Origin: Zancudomyces culisetae HAW-14-8
Lineage: Eukaryota > Fungi > Kickxellomycota
NCBI GenBank assembly: GCA_052426225.1
Contig: JBNJNM010000010.1
Coordinates: 744,001-808,000, forward strand
Length of the DNA stretch: 64,000 bases
Direction of reading: 5' to 3'
Numbering within the stretch: position 1 is the first letter of the stretch; every line of letters begins with the position of its first letter. Positions 48,329 through 57,780 of the stretch are shown here, one piece after another. Position numbers and translations under genes: made by a program. Below the pieces are notes generated by a model. The model saw only the letters and a program-made list of their open reading frames with translations. It did not search any database and was not told the DNA's origin.

Positions 48329-49881
48329 TTTTTTGTCGTGTCGGGAAAATTTGCACAATAAGATTTTCCTAGAGAGAATCGCGGGATCGGCGGTTAATCT
48401 TCTCACAATAGGATCAACCGAACATCCTATTGTGAGCAAAATTAACAATTACTTATTATCCTAACTTTTAGTAGTATTTATTAGTATAAACTTATTTATT
48501 AGTACAACGGAAATTAGATATAAGCAAAGCTAATTTCCTCTGTTTCGAACTTTACCTTCAAATTTCACAATAAATCGTATACATAGCAACAATAGTAAAT
48601 TTTATACGACAGTTTTGGCGCTCCCAGCTAGGCTAACAAATAGTATTATTTAATAAATAAGTAAAAATTAAAATGATGTCAGAAAAAGCAATCAAGTCGT
48701 CCGCAAAAGCAGTGGTAGAAAAGGCTGTTGAAACACACCAAGAAAAGCAGAGGCTCATACAAAATCAGGCCAGTGATAATACTGCACCCACAATGTGTAA
48801 TCCTATGATTCTTAATTACAAATTGATTGAACCAGAAATTTTCAGCACAAACTCCAATATGGATCCATCTAAATGGATTAGAAGATATGAACTGTGTGCT
48901 AGAAGAAATGGTTGGAAAGATAAAGATATGGTAGATCTTATGGAATTATACCTCGAAGGTCGTGCACTACTATGGTTTGAACGCGAGTGTAGCGAAGATA
49001 ACACTTGGAGTTAAATCAAAAACAAGTTCATACTTCAGTTTGAAGGTCCTGAAGGTGAACTTATAGCCTGGAACCAGTTACATCTGCTTAAAAAGACACC
49101 CGAAGAAGACGTGGAAGAGCTAGTCTCAAAAATCGAAAAGCTCTTTAATACAGCTAAAATTTCAGATGATGCAATAAAGTTTAAACTACTTTTTGCTGCC
49201 ATGGACCCGGAAGCACAAAAAGGAATATTGAGTGATAGGTGCAAAACATATAAAGAGGCAATTACCTCCATTATGGAAACCGAGAGACTAAATAAAATAT
49301 GCACCACAATTAAGTCTCAAATAAGTTCAGAGCCCGTTAAAAACGAAGGCGATAAAAAGTATGAGGAACTTTTATTCATGTTTAATGATCTAAAAACATG
49401 CCTACTAGAAGTTACTAACCAAAGGAATCGGCCCCAAAACAGATATAACACTAACAACTATGAAAAAAACGATGGTAGGTATCAAAACACCTATGTTAAT
49501 CGTACAAGTACAAACCAAACAAGTCAATACAACAGCAATGAAAAAAGAGACCCAAAACCACAGGCTGTATCAAAAATGGATAACAAAGGAGACCCTACCA
49601 ATCCGGTAGCTTGCATAGAAGTGGAAAATTTGACTTTTCAAAATAAGGACTTGTCAAATATAACACTTACCGATATCAAAGACAATGAAATTGAATTATT
49701 CGCTACTGAAAAAAGGAAAATTGAAGAGGAAGACAACCAAAGGTTCGTTAAGCACAAATCATACGGTATATCGTCTGAAGTAAATAATCCGTTTGTGGAA
49801 GAACCAAATTTTAGTAATTTCGGATCTATTAATGATCAACTAAACCCTAATAATGACAAAAATAACAATTACAACAACAAT

Positions 49882-50030
49882 CATAAAAATGAAGATAACC
49901 AGAAAACATTGAAAAAAATTGAAGAAAACTATAAAACCATGCAAAAAAATGAAGATAACTATGAAATCATACAAAAAAATGAAGATAATTTTGAAAACAC
50001 AAAAACAAATGAAAACTTTAAAAACTACAA
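49882..50030 (+). repeat. 30-bp imperfect tandem repeat (about 5 copies, KNEDN-type) in element B gag-protease spacer
   Basis: AAAAATGAAGATAA recurs with a 30-nt period. Confidence 0.75.
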
Positions 50031-52503
50031 TTCAAAAAATAATATATTAAAGATAAAAAACAATAGTTTAGACACTACAACCGTAAAAACTTCTGAAGAC
50101 TATAACATAACAGCTCACCTGAACAAATTAAAGGCAGATATATCTATACAACAGTTACTAAAAATATCCCCTACTGTAAAAAACCAACTATTTGAGTTAT
50201 GTAAGCCGATGGAGAAGGAGGTATTTATAAATAGCTCAGATGAATTAAACGTCTCAAATTGCAGAACTGTTGCTACTATAAATGGCTTAAAGTTTACTAC
50301 AATTGTGGATACAGGCGCAGCTTGCTGTGTAATGCCTGAATACGTGTTAAGGCAAACAGGACTAAGACTAAACGCCAGTAATAAGCAAATAATAACCACG
50401 GCAGATGGTAACCAACATTTGACCCTGGGGATTGTTGAAAAAGTTCCAATCAGTTTTGCGAACCTTAACTTTGAGGTCGACTTTATAGTTATGGATACTA
50501 AAAAGTCTTCTCTCATTCTAGGAACCAACTGGTTATTAAAATATGATGTTACAATAAAAATGAAAGACAACGAGCTGATGATACCTACTAAGGGGTGTAA
50601 ACTATCAATTCCTTTAAGTACAAGTTCACAAAGCAGTGATACTACAAACATGGAAGAACTAGTAGGTGTTGGTAAAGAGGTTTTGTTAATGGAATGCAAT
50701 ATATTTACTGATACTCCTCCACAAATTGTAGATTTAATAAATAAAAACAATGATATACTAGTGGAAGACTATACAGACTTAGAAGGTACAGATATTGTTG
50801 AACACGCAATCGACACAGGTAATCATCCGCCAATTAAACAACGTCCCTATCGAATTCCACACATGATGAAGGATTTAGCCCGAGAAGAGTTACGCAGAAT
50901 GAAAGAAAAGGGAATTATTGAACCTTGCAACTCGGACTGGTGTGCTCCAGTTGTCACGGTGTGGAAAAAAGACGGATCTATACGTATATGCTCAGATTTT
51001 AGAAAACTTAATGCAATAACTAAAAAGGACACCTATCCGCTTCCTATAATTTCAGATATTTTTGATGCACTCGCAGGGGCAATGGTTTATAGCTCATTGG
51101 ACGCACTCGCAGGATTTTGGCAGGTTCGAGTGCGACAGGAGGACAAAGAAAAAACAGCGTTTGCGTTGCCAGGGGAAGGACTTTACTGTTATAACGTAAT
51201 GCCTTTTGGCTTATGTAACAGTCCTGCAACGTTTCAACGTTTAATGGAAAGGGTATTAAGACCAGTATTATGGAAATGCGCCCTGGTTTTTATTGACGAT
51301 ATAATCGTATATTCAAATTCTGTAGAACAACATACAAAAGACTTAGCTAGTGTATTTGAGCTTTTACGTAGCGCAAAGATTAAGTTGAATAGGAAAAAAT
51401 GCAGTTTTGGACAAAACAAACTTCATTACCTAGGACATATTATTTCGAATCAAGGAGTGCATACCAATTCAGAAAAGGTGAAAGCCATGCTAACCATAAA
51501 AGACCCAACTAACATTAAAGAATTACAGAGTGTTTTAGGCACAACAGGGTATTATCGAAAGTTCATAAAAAACTACGCTCAAATAGCGAAACCATTAACA
51601 GATTTGTTGAGAAAAGATATCCCATGGCATTGGAATAATACACATAGTCATGCAGTAGAAATTTTAAAATCTAGTCTAGTCAATTCACCTATATTAAAAT
51701 ATCCAAATTGGGATAAAGATTTTATAGTTACGACTGATGCTTCAGGAAAAGGACTAGGAGCGATACTGAGTCAGGAATACGACGGCAAAGAATATCCTAT
51801 AGCTTACGCCAGCAGGACTTTGAGCAAGGCTGAAAAAAATTATTCAGCTACTCACCTAGAAGGGTTGGGAGTCATATGGGGTATAAATCAATATAGAAAC
51901 TACATTTGGGGGCGGAAGTTTATACTGGTAACAGACCACTCAGCGTTGACATCCTTGTTTAAATCTAAGGAGGGAACAGGCAGAATAGCAAGATGGAGTC
52001 TACAACTAAGCGAGTATGAATTTACAATGGTACACAGAAAAGGAAAACTAAACCCTGCAGACGCATTATCGAGGCAAGTTGTCAAGATCTGGAGTCAGGA
52101 GAGTTATATTTATTATTATTAAAGTTTATTGTATGAATGTATACAAGATACTAGATACTGAAACCAAGACAGGAAATTTGTACCCTTTTTATACTTTTTT
52201 CCAGCCTTGGTTTTTGAACATAATCACTATGAAAACTGCGGAATAGCTAAAAATTCAAGCTAAAGAAAAACGTGTTTGATTACTAATCAAATTGGATTAG
52301 TAATCAAACAAAATTCAAACTCGAATGCTATTAAAATTAAACATGTGAAAATTATTACGTAATAAAAATTAATAAATAATGTGAATTTTCGGTAATGTTC
52401 TAGAATGTTGGGGAACATTCTAAACATTACTGCGGAATAAAATCCGATGATTCTAGAACGTTTTCGAACATTCTAGAATCAGTTCATGACACGACCTCCC
52501 CTC

Positions 52504-55500
52504 TTAAGGCTGAGCTCCGTGAAGCATTTGTGGTGGCTTTGGTTTTTCAGGATGGTGACGATGGAATTCAGTGACAAGATATTTTGCATTTGCTAAGTCA
52601 GAATATGTTTGCCAGGTACGTTCAGTGTCTGGGTATCCTTTCCAGTGTACCAGGTATTTGACAGTTCTACCAAATATTTTACTGTCTAGGATTTTCTCAA
52701 CTTCATATTCTTCTTGACCGTCAATGATCACAGGTGGAAGCGGTTTTGATAGTCTGTCTGGAATCAGATCTGGTTTACAATGTTCAAGGAGATTGACGTG
52801 GAATACTGGATGAATCTTCATTGTGTGTGGTAGCTGAAGTTTGTATGATCTTTGTCCAATCTTTTCCAATACTTTGAATGGACCAAGTTTCCGATAGTCA
52901 AGCTTCTTGCTTGGTCTTTGAGTCCTGATGTTTTTAGTTGAGAGATAGACAAGATCACCAATGTTGAAGTCAGGTTGTGATGATACTTTTCGGTTGTAGT
53001 ATTTCTCATGGTCTTCAAGGGCAAGGGAGATGTTAAACTTCAGTTCTTGGTGGATATCAGATAGTCGTTTGGATCTATCAGAGGAGGCAGGATTTAAAAC
53101 TTGAGTACGAGGGATTATGACTGAGAAGCGTGGATGGAAGCCATAGTTGGCGTAGAAAGGTGTGGTCTTAGTAGAAGCATGAGATGTGTTGTTGTAGGCG
53201 AATTCAGCAATTGGTAACCACTTTGACCAATCAGTTTGTTGGTAATCAATGTAGCACCTGAGATACTGTTCCAATACTGAGTTTACGCGTTCAGTTTGTC
53301 CATCTGTCTGAGGATGGAATGCGGTGGACATTTTCTGTTCAATATTCAGAGATTTCATTAGAGTACGCATGAATGATGAGTTGAAGGTTACACCTCTATC
53401 AGATACGATGTCTTTAGGGAGCCCATGTTTGCAGAAGACATGTTGGATAAACAGATCTGCAGTACCTTCAGCATCAATTTCATTGGTTGTGGGAACAAAA
53501 TGCGCCATCTTGGTAAGGCGATCCACAAATACACAGATTGCAGTAAAGTTATTGGATGGAGGTAGCTGAGTGATGAAGTCGACAGAAACAGATGACCAAG
53601 GTGAATCAGGAACGGGAAGTGGAGCGAGGTAGCCATATGGTTTATGGCGAGAGGATTTGTTGCGTTGACAGGTATCGCAACCAGAGATGTAGTCTTTGAT
53701 ATATTTTCTCATGGTTGGCCAGTAAAAGTTGCGAGATACAAGTTCGTATGTCTTTGCATTTCCAAAGTGGCCGGCAGCAGGGGAATCATGGCATTCAATC
53801 AGGATAGTTCTTTTGATGTTGTCGTCCGAGGGGATACAGATTAGTCCATCATAGTGCAGAAGATTGTCAACAAGAGTGTACTTTTCATGGGAATCAGGTT
53901 TCTTGGATAAGTCAGTGTAAATGGGTCCAAAGTACGTGTCTTTGGGTTGTAGTGACTTGATGTTGTTCATGAGCGCGGAGGACAAAGGTTCAACAGGTGT
54001 ACTAGTCATGGACTTCAAGAAGATTTCAGGAGGCAGCAAAGTTATTTTGTTTTGGTCAGTACGGGAGTCACCCCCCTTCCAAGGTTGGTCTTTCAGAGAA
54101 AGAGCATCGGCGGCAGTGTTCTGTTTTCCAGGGCGGTACTTGATGACAAAGTTGAAGTTACTGAGGTATTCTGACCATCTGACTTGGCGGCGACTAAGAT
54201 TTCTGGTAGTGGAGAAGTATTCCAAGTTTTTATGGTCGGTCATAACAACGGTTGGGTGTACAGAAAATTCAAGGTAGTGACGCCAGTGAGCAAAAGCGTC
54301 GATAATTGCTAACAGTTCCTTATCATAGATTTGATAATTCACTTCAGCAGGCAGGAGTTTCCGGGAGTAGTATGCAACAGGGTGGAGTTGTCCCTCGTTG
54401 TCATACTGGCTGCAAATGGCACCTAATGCAAAATCTGATGCATCGGTTTCGATGATACAAGGCTGATCCGGATTGTAGTGAGCTAAGACTGGGTTATTGA
54501 TCATGGTTTCTTTTAGCAAGGCGAAAGCTTCTTCAGCTTTGGGTGTCCACTGGAATTGGACACCTTTTTTCAACAAGGCGGTGAGCGGCAGAGATATCTT
54601 GGAGTAGTTCAAAATAAAACGGCGGTAGAAGTTTGTAAGGCCAAGGAATACCTGAACGTCACGGACACAAGTTGGTGTCTTCCATTCGGTAACGCTGGAT
54701 ACTTTAGATGGATCCATAGAGATTCCGTTGGGGCCAATTACAAAACCGAGGAACTGTACTGATTGTACATCAAACTCACATTTCTCTAGCTTGAGGGTGA
54801 GATTGTGTTCCTGAAGCTTCTTCAAGACAAGGCAGACGTGGTCATAGTGCTTATCGATATCATCTGAGTAGATTAACAGATCATCGATGTACACAACAAG
54901 GAATTGATCAATGTATTCACGGAAGAGATCGTTAACAAAGGACTGGAACGTGGCTGGAGCATTCATAAGGCCAAACGGCATGACCTTATACTCGAAGTGG
55001 CCGTAGCGTGTACGAAACGCGGTCTTCCATTCTTCACCAGGCGAGATCCTGATCATGTGGTATGCGGATTTCATATCCAGCTTGGTGAATATCTTGGCTT
55101 TGCCAAGCCGATCCAAGGTTTCAGAGATGAGTGGCAAGGCTGCACGGTTGGGGACAGTGATCTTATTCAGGGCTCTATAGTCGACGCACAACCGGAGACT
55201 ACCATCTTTCTTTTTTACAAATAGGACGGGAGCCCCAGCCGGGGATTCAGAGCGTTGGATAAAACCATTGGCTAGGTTTTCCTGAATGTAGTCGTACAGG
55301 GTCTTTAGTTCCAATTGGGAGAGGTTGTACAATGGGCCATATGGTATCTTTGAGTCAGGAAGCAAAGGAATGGTATGATCATATGGACGATGTTCAGGCA
55401 GTTTGGCAGATTGGGATTCAGAGAAGACAGATTCAAACATTTTATACTTTTCAGGGATTACAGGAGTAACAGGGGTTTCAGGATTAGATTCAGAGACAAG

Positions 55501-56120
55501 ACAGAGATTTTCACAAGATTCAGGAGCTACAAGAGATTCAAGATTGTTCACGGTAATTGCACCAGCATAGACAGTGTCTGGTGCCTTCAGATGTTCTTTA
55601 AACTGGTTTGAGCCCACAAGAGAGATGTCTAGGTTGACATGGTTGGGCCCACAAGAAGTCAAGGTACAAGGCAGATGGACTATGTTCTCAGTCCAGTTGA
55701 TGTCAGGATTGTGTTGTTGAAGCCAGGAAAGACCAAGGATGATTGGTGAAGATCCAAGGTCTATTTGTTGCAGATAGATACTTTCGAGATGGTTATCGTT
55801 GATTTTTAGTGATACTTGGGAGGCAGAGTTGGATCTAAGCTTTGATCCGTCAGCGAGCGTGATTGTCATTTTTCTAGATATAGATGGTAGATTGTTTTTT
55901 AGAGCAAAATTGGCGTCAATGAACGAGGACGAAGCACCAGAATCAACCATAGCGTAGGTTTTGATGTGGTGGTGCTTGGACAAGATGGTTACAGGAATGG
56001 TCAAGGTGTTTGGTTTATCAGGAGATTGGGTGTCAGAAACAGGAGTGGTTACAGTGGCGTGGGGACTGGCTAAGTTGCCCAATAGGTGTCCCTTACTGTC
56101 TACTGGGCGGTGTCGTTTTC
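52504..56120 (-). CDS. Element C Pol (PR-RT-RH-IN-chromodomain), reached by -1 frameshift
   Basis: VDSGA, YIDD, ETDASD, integrase HHCC/DDE/GPF and chromodomain YEVEKILDS..YLVHWKGY..TW; the frame is open upstream to the GGAAAAC site. Confidence 0.95.
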
Positions 56121-57320
56121 CTGTGTTGGTGTAATGCTGGAGATGTTGTGGCGTTTCTTTGGACAGTTGATGTTGAAATGGTCATTACCGCCACAATAGA
56201 GACAGAGGTTGTTTTCGATACGGTATGCTCTTTGAGCAGGAGTAAGTGGTGGTCTTCTAGTCGATGAAGCGGTACTGAGATCCATTGGTTGCGGTCCATC
56301 ACTATTAGCTGGTGGAGTGGTAGATGGTGCAGAAACAGGTGAAGCAAACGGGTTATAAGCAGTGGGTTTGGGTGGCATAGTTGCAGTGGGGTTAACTGGA
56401 GGTTGACGACGTTGTGGATGGCTGAAGAGGCGGTTGTCGATCTGGATGGCTGTAGAGATCAGGGTATCGATGTCTTCTATTTGTTCTCTACGGTTGAGTT
56501 CCTGGGATACGTTGTACTTGAGACCGGATAGAAACTGTGAGATCAAAGGTGGTTGGTTCCAGTCAATTAACATCTGTAGGCGTCTAAACTCGGTGGCATA
56601 TGCGGCAACGGAAGTGGTTTGGCGGAGTTGGCGGATTGCCCTATCAGCATTCTCAATAGGGTTGGGATCACCAAAGGCACGAGTGATAGTTTCTTTAAAC
56701 AGATTGTAGTTGGAGAGGATGGCAGGACGGTCAGACTCTGGAAGGTTTGCTTTCATGAGGTAAGGTTCCATGTAACTGAATGGTGTGCCTGAGAGGTAGG
56801 AGATGGCATACAAGACTTTACTTGAGTCTGTGTTGAATTTATCGGGTGAAGCGGCAAAGACGAGAGCAAGCTGTGAAAAGAAGTTGGAACAGGCGGAGGG
56901 TTTTCCTGAAAATGTGTCTGGGTGTCTGACTTTGATACTAGGTTCAGAAGTACTAGCAACTTTGGTGGCACGGTTTTCAGTTATATAAAGTATGACTTCG
57001 TTCCTGAGGGTACTGAGCTGGTCCTGAAGGGATTGGATTTCCAACTGGTTGGCCTGTATGGCGCTTTGGGTTAGCTGGTCTGAATTCTGGATATCGGACT
57101 GGAGGTTGTTCATGGAGTCAAGAATGGTCTGGATGGACTTGGTAGTGTCTGTTTTGACCTTGTCATAAATTTTCTTGGATACTGTGGCAGGGTGTTCCTT
57201 GATGGCAGACTCGGCTTTTTCTACTCTTATTAGTAGTTGCTGGAGGGCTTCTTCAACTGCTGGCAGGGTCACGGCGGCTTTGTTGAGGAATTCAACTTGT
57301 TCTGGGCTAAACGGTTCCAT
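56100..57320 (-). CDS. Element C Gag
   Basis: PDTFSG, LRQTTSVAAYATEF, PMDL and CCHC knuckle CLYCGGNDHFNINC. Confidence 0.95.
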   Translation of the reverse strand: MEPFSPEQVEFLNKAAVTLPAVEEALQQLLIRVEKAESAIKEHPATVSKKIYDKVKTDTTKSIQTILDSMNNLQSDIQNSDQLTQSAIQANQLEIQSLQDQLSTLRNEVILYITENRATKVASTSEPSIKVRHPDTFSGKPSACSNFFSQLALVFAASPDKFNTDSSKVLYAISYLSGTPFSYMEPYLMKANLPESDRPAILSNYNLFKETITRAFGDPNPIENADRAIRQLRQTTSVAAYATEFRRLQMLIDWNQPPLISQFLSGLKYNVSQELNRREQIEDIDTLISTAIQIDNRLFSHPQRRQPPVNPTATMPPKPTAYNPFASPVSAPSTTPPANSDGPQPMDLSTASSTRRPPLTPAQRAYRIENNLCLYCGGNDHFNINCPKKRHNISSITPTQENDTAQ

Positions 57321-57697
57321 GGTTTAAATACTTAGGCTGGTTTCAGAAAATAATAAATATAATATTTTGATCTAGTATAGTGTCAAGATCTGGAGTCAGG
57401 AGAGTTATATTTATTATTATTAAAGTTTATTGTATGAATGTATACAAGATACTAGATACTGAAACCAAGACAGGAAATTTGTACCCTTTTTATACTTTTT
57501 TCCAGCCTTGGTTTTTGAACATAATCACTATGAAAACTGCGGAATAGCTAAAAATTCAAGCTAAAGAAAAACGTGTTTGATTACTAATCAAATTGGATTA
57601 GTAATCAAACAAAATTCAAACTCGAATGCTATTAAAATTAAACATGTGAAAATTATTACGTAATAAAAATTAATAAATAATGTGAATTTTCGGTAAT

Positions 57698-57780
57698 GTT
57701 CTAGAATGTTGGGGAACATTCTAAACATTACTGCGGAATAAAATCCGATGATTCTAGAACGTTTTCGAACATTCTAGAAT
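57698..57780. promoter_or_regulatory. Heat-shock-element arrays in U3 of element C 5' LTR (copy at 52397-52479)
   Basis: aTTCt-aGAAc-gTTTt-cGAAc-aTTCt-aGAAt (57751-57780) and gTTCt-aGAAt-gTTGg-gGAAc-aTTCt (57698-57722): phased inverted nGAAn units. Confidence 0.7.

Noticed and set aside
49012-49014. In-frame TAA in element B as programmed gag readthrough
   Set aside because: It lies mid-capsid where element A has a sense codon, and B also has integrase frameshifts, so decay or sequencing error is more likely.
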